Positions 27,319 to 35,694 of a DNA stretch of 64,000 nt are shown here, piece after piece. The translations under genes were made by a program, and so were the position numbers. The notes under the pieces were generated by a model, which saw only the letters and a list, made by a program, of their open reading frames with translations, was not told where the DNA came from and ran no database searches. The DNA is taken from positions 188-64,187 of the forward strand of contig DATIEN010000094.1 of the NCBI GenBank assembly GCA_035455705.1, read 5' to 3'. The stretch's first letter is position 1; each line of letters starts with the position of its first letter. This DNA is from Casimicrobiaceae bacterium. GTDB lineage: Bacteria > Pseudomonadota > Gammaproteobacteria > Burkholderiales > Casimicrobiaceae.

Positions 27319-28551
27319 ATGACCGACCGCCTGATCGTTCGCAACGCGCAGATCGACGAGCGCGACGACGCGATCGACTTAGTCGTCGAAGACGGACGCA
27401 TCGTGGCGATCGAGGCCGCGGGCGTCGCCGGCACGGGCGCGCGCATGCTCGACGTCGCTGGCCGTTACGTCTCGCCGGGATTCGTCGAGACGCACATCCA
27501 TCTCGACAAGTCGTGCATCGTCGACCGCTGCCAAACCGGCGAAGGAACGCTCGCGGCGGCCATTCGCGAGGTCGCGCGCGCGAAGGCGGCGTTCACCGTG
27601 GACGACGTCCATGCGCGCGCTGCCCGGACGATCGAGCGCGCGATCCTGCAGGGGACGACCCGGATGCGCACGCACGTCGAGGTCGATCCGGGGATCGGCC
27701 TGCGGGGGTTCGATGGCGTCCAGTCGCTCGTCGACGAGTACCGATGGGCGATCGACCTCGAGCTCTGCGTGTTCCCGCAGGAAGGCCTGACCGACAATCC
27801 GGGCACCGAGGAGCTGCTCGTCGAGGGGCTGCGCCGCGGCGCGAAGGTCGTCGGCGCCGCGCCGTACGTGGATCGCGACCCGCACGCTCAGATCGACCGG
27901 ATCTTCGCGCTCGCGCGCGACTTCGACGTGCCGATCGACATGCACCTCGACTTCACGCTCGACGTCTCGAAGATGGACGTCGAGTACGTCTGCGCGAAAA
28001 CGCGCGAGCACCGCTACGAGGGTCGCGTCGCGATCGGCCACGTCAGCACGTTGTCCGCGCTGGCGAAGGAGCGCTTCGACGCCGTCGCGTCGATGCTCGC
28101 CGACGCGGGCGTCGCCGTCACCGTGCTGCCGTCGACGGACCTCTTCCTCATGGGCCGCGGCGCCGACCGCGACGTGCCGCGCGGCGTCGCGCCCGTGCAT
28201 CGCCTCGTCCAGGCCGGCGTCGGCGCATCGCTTGCGACGAACAACGTGCTGAACCCGTTCACGCCGTACGGCGACTGCTCGCTCGTCCGGATGGCGAACC
28301 TCTATGCGAACGTCGCGCAGCTCGGGCAGCGCGACGAGCTTGCGCTCTGTCACTCGCTCGTCACGCGTCATGCGGCGCGCATCCTCGGCGTCGACGACCA
28401 CCGCATTGTCCCCGGCGCGCCCGCCGACTTCGTCGTCCTCGATTGCCGAAGTGCCGCGCAGGCGATCGCCGAGCTCGCCGCTCCCCTCTACGTGTTCAAG
28501 CACGGGCGCATGACGGTGAGCCGCGCGCCGGCGGTGCTGCACCGGCGATGA
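27319..28551 (+). CDS. CodA-like metallo-dependent amidohydrolase/deaminase
   Basis: PGFVETHIHLDK, RTHVE, FPQEG, DMHLDF, TNNVLNPFTPYG. Confidence 0.88.
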   Translation: MTDRLIVRNAQIDERDDAIDLVVEDGRIVAIEAAGVAGTGARMLDVAGRYVSPGFVETHIHLDKSCIVDRCQTGEGTLAAAIREVARAKAAFTVDDVHARAARTIERAILQGTTRMRTHVEVDPGIGLRGFDGVQSLVDEYRWAIDLELCVFPQEGLTDNPGTEELLVEGLRRGAKVVGAAPYVDRDPHAQIDRIFALARDFDVPIDMHLDFTLDVSKMDVEYVCAKTREHRYEGRVAIGHVSTLSALAKERFDAVASMLADAGVAVTVLPSTDLFLMGRGADRDVPRGVAPVHRLVQAGVGASLATNNVLNPFTPYGDCSLVRMANLYANVAQLGQRDELALCHSLVTRHAARILGVDDHRIVPGAPADFVVLDCRSAAQAIAELAAPLYVFKHGRMTVSRAPAVLHRR

Positions 28552-29267
28552 GCGATCCCGCGCGCGTGCCCGCATCGCGCGGCGTGCCGCCGTCGCGCGA
28601 GGCCTCCCCGCGCAAACGCGACCCGATGATGACGCGCGACCGCGTGCTTCGCGCCGGCATCGCGGAGTTCTGCCGCCACGGCTACATCGGCGCGCGGATC
28701 GACCAGATCGCGGCGCGTGCCGGCTGCAACATGCGGATGATCTACCACTACTTCGGCAGCAAGGAGAAGCTCTACGTGGCGGTGCTCGAGCGCGTGTTCG
28801 GCGAGCTGCGCCTCGAGGAAAGCCGCCTGCATCTCGAGCATCTCGATCCGTTGACCGGCGTGCTGCGCCTCGTCGACTTCACGATGGACCATCTCGGGCG
28901 GCATCCCGAGTTCGTCGCGTTGCTCGGCAACGAGAACCTGCTGCGCGGCAAGTACCTGCGCAAGTCGCAGGCCGTCCCGCGCGCCTCCGCCCCGCTCCTC
29001 GAGGCGATCCGTCGATTGCTCGAGCGCGGCCGCCGGGACGGCGTGTACGCGCGCGACGTCGACGCACTGCAGCTCTACGTCAGCATTTTGTCGCTCTGCT
29101 ACGTGCACGTGTCGAACCGCTACACGCTGTCCATCACGTTCAACCGCGACATCACCGACCCCGGTTGGCTCGGCGCGCGCCGCCGGCACGTCCAGCAGAT
29201 GGTGCTCGCCTACCTGTGCACGCCGGAGGCGCCCGTGCCGTCGGCACGATCGGCGAACGCGGCTTAA
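28548..29267 (+). CDS. TetR family regulator with NicS-like C-terminal domain
   Basis: HTH GARIDQIA..MIYHYFGSKEKLY; ENL..G.YL and SNRYTLS C-terminal motifs. Confidence 0.9.
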   Translation: MSDPARVPASRGVPPSREASPRKRDPMMTRDRVLRAGIAEFCRHGYIGARIDQIAARAGCNMRMIYHYFGSKEKLYVAVLERVFGELRLEESRLHLEHLDPLTGVLRLVDFTMDHLGRHPEFVALLGNENLLRGKYLRKSQAVPRASAPLLEAIRRLLERGRRDGVYARDVDALQLYVSILSLCYVHVSNRYTLSITFNRDITDPGWLGARRRHVQQMVLAYLCTPEAPVPSARSANAA

Positions 29268-29301
29268 GATAGTCGGCCCGATCCTCGCGAGGAAACGTCC
29301 G

Positions 29302-29700
29302 ATGCCCGACACCGCGATGAACCACTTCACGATCCTGACCGACGACGTCCCCCGAACCGTAGCCTTCTACCGCGACCTGCTCGGGCTCGCCGACGGATGG
29401 CGCCCTCCGCTCGCCTTTCCGGGCGCCTGGCTCTACGCCGGCGACAACGCGATCCTGCACGTGGTCGGCGGTCGTCCGCGCGACGAGCTCAAGGGGGGAG
29501 TGATCGATCACATGGCGTTCTCGGCGACCGGCCTCGCGGACACGCTCGCGCTCCTCGCGTCGCGCAACATCGAGCACACGTGCCGGCGGCTTCCGGCGGC
29601 CGGCACGTGGCAGGTGTTCTTCCACGACCCGAACGGCGCGCGGGTGGAGCTGGATTTCGCGCCGGACGAGCCCGGGCACGATCATCGCGCTTCGCCATGA
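29302..29700 (+). CDS. VOC/glyoxalase family protein
   Basis: MNHFTI, FY.DLLGL, IDHMAF, DPNGARVEL (His/His/Glu metal ligands). Confidence 0.88.
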   Translation: MPDTAMNHFTILTDDVPRTVAFYRDLLGLADGWRPPLAFPGAWLYAGDNAILHVVGGRPRDELKGGVIDHMAFSATGLADTLALLASRNIEHTCRRLPAAGTWQVFFHDPNGARVELDFAPDEPGHDHRASP

Positions 29701-30353
29701 TCGTGCGGCGCTCGACGCCGTGCGATCTCGCGGTCGACCATCTCGTCGTCGCGGCGGCGTCGCTCGAAAGCGGCGTCGCATGGGTGGAGGAGCGGCTCGG
29801 CGTAACGGCCGTTCCCGGCGGCAAGCACGTCGCGATGGGCACGCAGAACGCGCTGATCGGACTCGGCCCCGGCGTCTACCTCGAAGTGATCGCCATCGAT
29901 CCGTCGCTCGCGTCGCCGGCGCGGCCGCGCTGGTACGCGCTCGACGATCCGCGAATGCGTGCCGAACTGGCCGAATCGCCCGCGCTGATTCACTGGGCCG
30001 CTCGCACGGTCGACATCGAGGCCGACGCTACGCGATGCCAAATCGACCTGGGCGCGATCATGCCGATGCGCCGCGGCGAGTTCCAGTGGCGGCTCACGGT
30101 GCCGGACGACGGCCGATTGCCGGGACGCGGCCTCGTGCCAACGCTGATCCAGTGGACCGGCCGGCACCCGAGCGACACGCTGCACGACTCCGGACTGCGC
30201 TTGACCGCGCTCGCGGGAGAGCACCCCGAACCGGCTCCGGTGCGTGCAGCACTCGCGGCGCTCGGATGCTCGGAGACGCTGAAGGTCACTTACGGGCGCG
30301 CGCCGCGGCTCGCCGCGATGCTGCGCACGCCGCGCGGGATCGTCACGCTGTAG
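29697..30353 (+). CDS. Glyoxalase-like (Glyoxalase_3) VOC protein
   Basis: DHLVVAA, GGKHVAMGTQN, YLEVIAIDP, PTLIQW. Confidence 0.88.
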   Translation: MIVRRSTPCDLAVDHLVVAAASLESGVAWVEERLGVTAVPGGKHVAMGTQNALIGLGPGVYLEVIAIDPSLASPARPRWYALDDPRMRAELAESPALIHWAARTVDIEADATRCQIDLGAIMPMRRGEFQWRLTVPDDGRLPGRGLVPTLIQWTGRHPSDTLHDSGLRLTALAGEHPEPAPVRAALAALGCSETLKVTYGRAPRLAAMLRTPRGIVTL

Positions 30354-30357
30354 AACG

Positions 30358-31467
30358 TCAGCCGAGCGCGCCGCGCGCTTCGACGCGCCACACGGCTGAC
30401 ACCACGTCGTTGCGAACGGCGACGATGAAGTCGTAGAGGTTCACCGTCGGATCGCAGTGGCCGGGAACGAGCCACACGCGCTCGCCGAGCGTCACCGGCG
30501 CTGCACCATCGGCGACGCGCAGTACGCCGTGCTCGTCGGAAGCCTTGACGTACTCGATCCCCGCGCGCTCATGCACCTGCGGCAGCCCCGAATCGAACGC
30601 GAACGCCTTGAGGCCGGCGTCGACGATCGCGCGATCCGCCGCAGGCGCGCTCATCGTCGTCGCGAGCACGAAGAGGCTTTGTTCGAATCGGAGGTCCGAA
30701 GCATCGCAGACGTTGCGGTTGTAGTCGGCGTCCATGAACACGTACGAGCCCGGCTGCAACTCGTCGTAGACCCCCGAATCGCGCTCGTGGCGCCAGGTGC
30801 CCGTCCCTGCCCCGGTGACGATCTCGCAGTGCAGGCCCGCGGCGTCGAGGAGCTTGCGTGTCGCGCGCACGTCTTCGACGGCCGCGGCGATCGCATCGGC
30901 GCGCGCCTGCGGCTCGCGCAGGTGCTGGGCGGCACCCTGGTACGCGTGAATGCCGCGGAAACGCAGTCCGGGCGAGTCGGCGACGACTCGCGCGAGCGAG
31001 ACGACGGGCTCGCCGGCCTCCACGCCGCACCGGTGCGCGCCGACGTCGACTTCCACATAGACATCGAGCGTCGCCTGCGCGCGTATCGCGGCCTGCGACA
31101 GTCGTGCAACGACCGGCACGGCGTCGACGAGCACGCCCACGGTCGCGGCGCGCGCGAGATCGGCCAGCCGCGCAAGCTTGGCGGGCGTGACGACCTCGTT
31201 GGTGACGAGCACGTTGCGTATGCCGGCGCCGACGAGCGCGGCGGCCTCGTCGGTCTTCTGGCAGCAGATGCCGACGGCGCCGCGCGCGATCTGCGCCTTC
31301 GCGACCGTCGAGCACTTGTGCGACTTCGCGTGCGGGCGCAGGCGCACGCCTTTCGTCGCGGCCGCCATTCGATCGAGGTTGCGCTCGAACGCATCGAGAT
31401 CGACGACGAGCGCGGGCGTTTCGATCGCCTCGATCCTGTCGCCGACGCGCGCGGGAATGCGCTGCAT
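30358..31467 (-). CDS. DSD1-family PLP enzyme (D-threonine / 3-hydroxy-D-aspartate aldolase-like)
   Basis: RPHAKSHK PLP lysine, CCQK, ELQPGSY.FMD, DAGLKA, SDEHG, PGHCDPTVN. Confidence 0.9.
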   Translation of the reverse strand: MQRIPARVGDRIEAIETPALVVDLDAFERNLDRMAAATKGVRLRPHAKSHKCSTVAKAQIARGAVGICCQKTDEAAALVGAGIRNVLVTNEVVTPAKLARLADLARAATVGVLVDAVPVVARLSQAAIRAQATLDVYVEVDVGAHRCGVEAGEPVVSLARVVADSPGLRFRGIHAYQGAAQHLREPQARADAIAAAVEDVRATRKLLDAAGLHCEIVTGAGTGTWRHERDSGVYDELQPGSYVFMDADYNRNVCDASDLRFEQSLFVLATTMSAPAADRAIVDAGLKAFAFDSGLPQVHERAGIEYVKASDEHGVLRVADGAAPVTLGERVWLVPGHCDPTVNLYDFIVAVRNDVVSAVWRVEARGALG

Positions 31468-31662
31468 GCGCCAATCTAGCGCAACTGTTCAACGTGCGAT
31501 AGCCGATTCCGCGCCGCGCCGAACATTGCAAACGTCCGGTAAAAGTTTCGGGCGTAACTCGCGCAAAGCGTTGTTTTACCTCGACCGTCGAAGGGCATAA
31601 AGCTTGCGCCCCGATCCTTCGCTTACGACCGGGTCGCAAGCCAACATTCGAGAGGAGTGCCC

Positions 31663-32985
31663 ATGGCAAACGGCAGCAACGAGCGCGATCGCAATTCGCG
31701 CGATGCGCAGAATACGGAACGATACGGACAGGGATTGGATAACCAGGGCCAGCAGACGTCGAGCGGAAGCTGGCAGGGGCGGGGCTCGCAGGGTGGCGCG
31801 TACGAGGACCGCATGGACGCGCAATTCGATCCGCAGGGCGACCGCTCGCGGGAATCGGGTCGCTGGTACGGTCAGGGCCGCCACGAGCAGAACCGCGGCT
31901 TCGACCAGGGCGGTGGACACGGCCAGGGAAGTTACGGCGGCTACGAGCAGGACCGCGGCTCGCAAGGCTACGGGTCGCACTACGGCTCGCAGGGAGGCGC
32001 CTACGGCTCGCAGGGAGGCGGCTATGGCTCGCAGGGAGGCGGCTATGGCTCGCAGGGGTTCGGCGGCTCGCAGCACTACCAGGGCGGCTCGCAGGGATAC
32101 GGGACGCAGGGCGGCCAGTACGGCCAGAACTACGGAGACCAGCGGTTCGGCAATCAGGGCTACGGCAGCGAGCGTTACGGCAGTCAAAACTACGGCCCGG
32201 GTTACGGCAGCAGCCAGGGCTACGGCGGCCAGAACTACGGCCAGGGTTACGGCAGCCAGGGCGGCCAGAGCTACGCGCAAGGCAGTCAAAACTACGGCCA
32301 GGGTTACGGCAGCCAAGGTTATGGCGGGCAAAGCGGATACGGTTCGCAGCAGAGCGGCAGCGGCGCGACGTACGGGCAACAGGGCCGCATGGGCGGAAGC
32401 TGGAGCAGCCAGATGGGCGGAAGCGTCGGTGGCCAAGGTGGCGGCTTCGGCGGCCAGGGCGGCTACGGATCGTCGTCGTATGGCGGCCGCTTCGCCCAGC
32501 GGCGATCGACGCGTCGCGGTCCGAAAGGCTACGAGCGTTCCGACGAGCGAGTCAAGGAAGACATCTCGGAACGCATGTACGCGAACGAGGACTTCGACGT
32601 GAGCGACGTGACGATCGAGGTGACGAACGGGGTCGTGACGCTCGACGGCAACGTCGACGACCGCTATTCGAAGTACATGATCGAGGAAATGGTCGACTCG
32701 ATCCCGGGCGTGAAGGACATCGACAACCGGTTGCGCATCCGGCGCGGCGACGAGAGCCAGTGGTCGGGTGGAAGCGGTTCGTCGGGATCTTCACATTCCG
32801 GATCGGGCAGCGGCTCGTCGAGCGGCATGTCGGGCAGCGGATCGTCGAGCGGATCCGGCATGTCGAGCAGCGGCCGCACGTCGCGCAGCGAAGGCGGCAG
32901 CGGCTCGTCGTCGAGCGGCGCGTCGGGCAGCGGCTCCTCGACCGGCAGCGGCTCGTCGTCGGGTAGCCGCCGCAGCCACGAATAG
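31663..32985 (+). CDS. BON domain protein with long G/Q/Y/S low-complexity N-terminus and Ser/Gly tail
   Basis: RGPKGYERSDERVKEDI...GVVTLDG.V...PGVKDIDNRL BON domain; GAGGAG SD before ATG 31663. Confidence 0.9.
   Translation: MANGSNERDRNSRDAQNTERYGQGLDNQGQQTSSGSWQGRGSQGGAYEDRMDAQFDPQGDRSRESGRWYGQGRHEQNRGFDQGGGHGQGSYGGYEQDRGSQGYGSHYGSQGGAYGSQGGGYGSQGGGYGSQGFGGSQHYQGGSQGYGTQGGQYGQNYGDQRFGNQGYGSERYGSQNYGPGYGSSQGYGGQNYGQGYGSQGGQSYAQGSQNYGQGYGSQGYGGQSGYGSQQSGSGATYGQQGRMGGSWSSQMGGSVGGQGGGFGGQGGYGSSSYGGRFAQRRSTRRGPKGYERSDERVKEDISERMYANEDFDVSDVTIEVTNGVVTLDGNVDDRYSKYMIEEMVDSIPGVKDIDNRLRIRRGDESQWSGGSGSSGSSHSGSGSGSSSGMSGSGSSSGSGMSSSGRTSRSEGGSGSSSSGASGSGSSTGSGSSSGSRRSHE
31981..32064 (+). repeat. Four tandem 21-nt coding repeats (YGSQGGx)
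   Basis: TA(C/T)GGCTCGCAGGGAGGCG(C/G)C units, fourth degenerate. Confidence 0.9.
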
Positions 32986-33020
32986 CCGTTCACGCGCGGA
33001 AGATCGCAGTCGCGGCCGAA

Positions 33021-33067
33021 GTGAAAACGCCGCCCCGGACGCAAGGTCCGGCGCGGCGTTTTTTCAC
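33021..33067. terminator. Bidirectional intrinsic terminator
   Basis: AAAACGCCGC-C-CCGGAC-GCAAG-GTCCGG-C-GCGGCGTTTTTT between convergent genes. Confidence 0.85.
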
Positions 33068-33125
33068 GGAAGCGGCGCGGATCGATGAAGATCCCGCATC
33101 CCCATGAACGGAGATCGAAGTAACG

Positions 33126-34046
33126 CTAGTAGATGAAGATCCAGTACGCGAGCGCGGCGATCAGTGCGTACTTGACGGTGCGGAACACGGTGCGGTTGCG
33201 CCGCTTGAGCCTCGTCAGCAGGTCGCTGCCCTTGCCGAACAGCGCATAGACGCGGTTGAGCGCACCGACCGGCTCGGTCTCCGTGTTCTGCGTCGACGCC
33301 GCGCGGATGACGGTGCGGCTCACGAAGCGATTCAGCGCCTGCATCGCGCGCGTGCGGAGCGGCCGCTCGACGTCGCAGAACAGGATGATCCGCGTCGTGT
33401 CCGTCTTGTTTTCCGCCGAGTGGATGAACGTCTCGTCGAAGAGCAGGTCCTCGCCGTCGCGCCACGAATACGGCTCGCCGTCGACGAAGATCCTGCACTC
33501 GTCCGAGTTCGGCGTGACGAGCCCGAGGTGGTAACGGAGTGATCCCGCAAACGGGTCGCGGTGCCGGTTGAGCTTGCCGCCCGGAGGCAGCAGCGCGAAC
33601 ATCGCCGCGTTCACGGTGGGCAGCGATTCGACGAGCGCCACGGTCCTCGGGCACGCCGCCTGCGCCGACGGCAGCGGCTCGCCGTACCACTTGACGTAGA
33701 AGCGCTTCCAACCGTTCTTGAAGAACGAATTGAAGCCGAGATCGTTATGACCGGTCGCCGCGCGGATGTGGCCTTCGTCCATCAACGACAGCGCCTCGTC
33801 ACGGATCGTCTGCCAGTTCGCCCGCAACACCTCGAGTTCGGGCAGGCTGCGCGGATCGAGGATCGGCTTCGCCGGCACCGCGGAGAACAGGTACATCAGC
33901 GTGTTGTACGGCGCCATGATCGTCGAGTGATCGGCGAACTGCTTCGTGAGCTTGTGCCGCACCCGCCCGCGGAAATGAACGAACAGCGCCGACGCAAGGA
34001 AGACGTACAGCACGACGAGCTTGGGGGCGAGGAGGTTGGCGATCAC
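33126..34046 (-). CDS. lpxO: Lipid A hydroxylase LpxO / Asp-Asn beta-hydroxylase family
   Basis: HFRGRVR, DHSTIMAPYN, GWKRFYVKWY, HRDPFAGSLRYHLGL (HxD), FDETFIH; TM helix at each end; start 34046 or 34082. Confidence 0.9.
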   Translation of the reverse strand: MIANLLAPKLVVLYVFLASALFVHFRGRVRHKLTKQFADHSTIMAPYNTLMYLFSAVPAKPILDPRSLPELEVLRANWQTIRDEALSLMDEGHIRAATGHNDLGFNSFFKNGWKRFYVKWYGEPLPSAQAACPRTVALVESLPTVNAAMFALLPPGGKLNRHRDPFAGSLRYHLGLVTPNSDECRIFVDGEPYSWRDGEDLLFDETFIHSAENKTDTTRIILFCDVERPLRTRAMQALNRFVSRTVIRAASTQNTETEPVGALNRVYALFGKGSDLLTRLKRRNRTVFRTVKYALIAALAYWIFIY

Positions 34047-34096
34047 GGCGTGCGGCGGCGCCGTCGCACGGCGCGCCCGCATTGTACGCCCCGGTC

Positions 34097-34882
34097 CTAC
34101 TTCTTCGGGGACTCGGTGGCGTTGAGCTGCGCGTAGACGAGCCGGCCGATCGCAAGGAGCTCGCCCTTGTCGAGCCGCCCCGAGAGCGCGTACGCGCACT
34201 GGTCGTCGATCCAGTAGTAGACGCCGATGCCATCCTCGACGGCGTAGCGGAACGCAGTCTCGTCCGTGCCCGGCGGCTGCTTGCGCGCCTGCAGCGTGAG
34301 CCGCTCCTTGGCGCCGTTCTCGTACATGAAGAGCGCCGTCGGCCGTTCGTTGCCGGCGACGAGCCGGCCGCCCACGAGCGAGTACCCGGCGCTGTTGAGA
34401 TCGGGGACGTGCAACGGATAGTCGAGACGCTTCGAGAGCCAGGTGACGAGCCGCTTTTCCTCGGCCGCCCCTATTTCGACCGGCCGATTCGCGTCGGCTG
34501 CGTAGAGGGCGTGCGTGAACGCGGCCTGGCGCGCGAACGTGGTCGGCGTCCCCGCGATCTCGAGGTCGGCATCGCGAACGTACCAGCCGCCGACGAAGCC
34601 GACGCAAAGCGTCGCCACCGACGCGGCGAGCGCGAGCATCCGTCCGGTGCGGCGCGGCCGGCGCGGCATCCGCGCGGCGTCGATCAGCTGCTTCGGCATT
34701 GGCTCCGACAGGAGCGCGTCGAGGCCCTCGCGCAACCACGCGTTCTGCCGCTCGATCTCGCGCGCCCTGGCCGCGAGCGCGGCGTCGTCGGCGAGGGCGC
34801 GCTCGACGGCCGCGCGCCGTTCCGGCGGCAGCTGGCCGTCGGCGTAGGCGTGAATCTCGTCGTCGCTGATCGGGATCGTCAT
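34097..34882 (-). CDS. Transmembrane anti-sigma factor (PrtR-like)
   Basis: IHAYADGQL, TM helix, RPVEI, LVTWLSKRL, LVGGRL, ALFMYE. Confidence 0.88.
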   Translation of the reverse strand: MTIPISDDEIHAYADGQLPPERRAAVERALADDAALAARAREIERQNAWLREGLDALLSEPMPKQLIDAARMPRRPRRTGRMLALAASVATLCVGFVGGWYVRDADLEIAGTPTTFARQAAFTHALYAADANRPVEIGAAEEKRLVTWLSKRLDYPLHVPDLNSAGYSLVGGRLVAGNERPTALFMYENGAKERLTLQARKQPPGTDETAFRYAVEDGIGVYYWIDDQCAYALSGRLDKGELLAIGRLVYAQLNATESPKK

Positions 34883-34898
34883 GCGTCGCCTTGGCCGC

Positions 34899-35441
34899 TC
34901 ATCGAACGATCTTCAGGGGTGTTGCGGATTCGTTTTCCGCGCCGAGCGAGCGGCGCAGCTTCGCCCGCGCACGCGAAAGACGCGACATCACCGTTCCGAT
35001 CGGAATCGACAGGATTTCGGCAATCTCCTCGTAGCGCAACTCCTCCACCGCCGCGAGCACGAGGACCTCCCGCTGCTCGTCGGGCAGCCGCGCCAGTTCG
35101 CGCAGCACTTCCTGCAACTCGACGCGCGCCTGCTGCGGAGCCCGCACCGGGATCTGCCACGCCGGGCCGGCTTCGCCGTCGCCATCGAGCGAGACGTTCT
35201 GCGCGTCGCGCATTGCGACCGCACGCTGGTTGACGAATACGTTGTGCATGATCGTGAAAAGCCACGCGCGCAAATCCGTGCCCGCCGTCCACAGTCGCCG
35301 TTTCTCCCACCCCCGCGCAAGCGTCTCCTGCACGAGATCGTCCGCGCGCGCCGCATCGCCCGTCAGCACGCGCGCGTAGCGGCGCAGGCGCGGAATCGCG
35401 GCAACGAGATCGGGATGCGGCAGGGGAGCGTCGGCGCTCAT
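34899..35441 (-). CDS. ECF sigma factor (PrtI-like)
   Basis: IPRLRRYARVL, ADDLVQET, RAWLFTIMHN, IGTVMSRLSRAR. Confidence 0.93.
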   Translation of the reverse strand: MSADAPLPHPDLVAAIPRLRRYARVLTGDAARADDLVQETLARGWEKRRLWTAGTDLRAWLFTIMHNVFVNQRAVAMRDAQNVSLDGDGEAGPAWQIPVRAPQQARVELQEVLRELARLPDEQREVLVLAAVEELRYEEIAEILSIPIGTVMSRLSRARAKLRRSLGAENESATPLKIVR

Positions 35442-35648
35442 CGCGAACGAACCCGCCACGCGGGTTCTGGCAGCCGGCGCGAAGGCGCCTTTCGCTGCGT
35501 CCAGCATGTTACGCCGAAGCGCCCCGGGTCCCCGCGGCTCCCTCACCCATCGCGCGAGCGCCGCTTCCCGGATCCTGCCCGCGCGGCCTGGTCGCCCTCG
35601 GAAGCGCGCGGGCCCGCGGCGGATGGAATCGAGTCACGGCACCCGCGC

Positions 35649-35675
35649 AAACAACCGCACGGCGCGCGCTATTCC
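35649..35675 (-). promoter_or_regulatory. Candidate autoregulatory ECF promoter GGAATA-N14-GTTGTTT
   Basis: ECF-like -35/-10 pair on the minus strand upstream of the ECF sigma gene. Confidence 0.45.
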
Positions 35676-35694
35676 ATCGACTGTCGGGAAACGG

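Noticed and set aside
31981-32340. Repeats as a possible CRISPR array
   Set aside because: In-frame coding repeats with synonymous variation, no unique spacers and no cas genes.
31576-32436. Hydrophobic Ala/Val/Leu repeat ORF on the minus strand
   Set aside because: Antisense image of the BON protein repeats; no expression signals seen.
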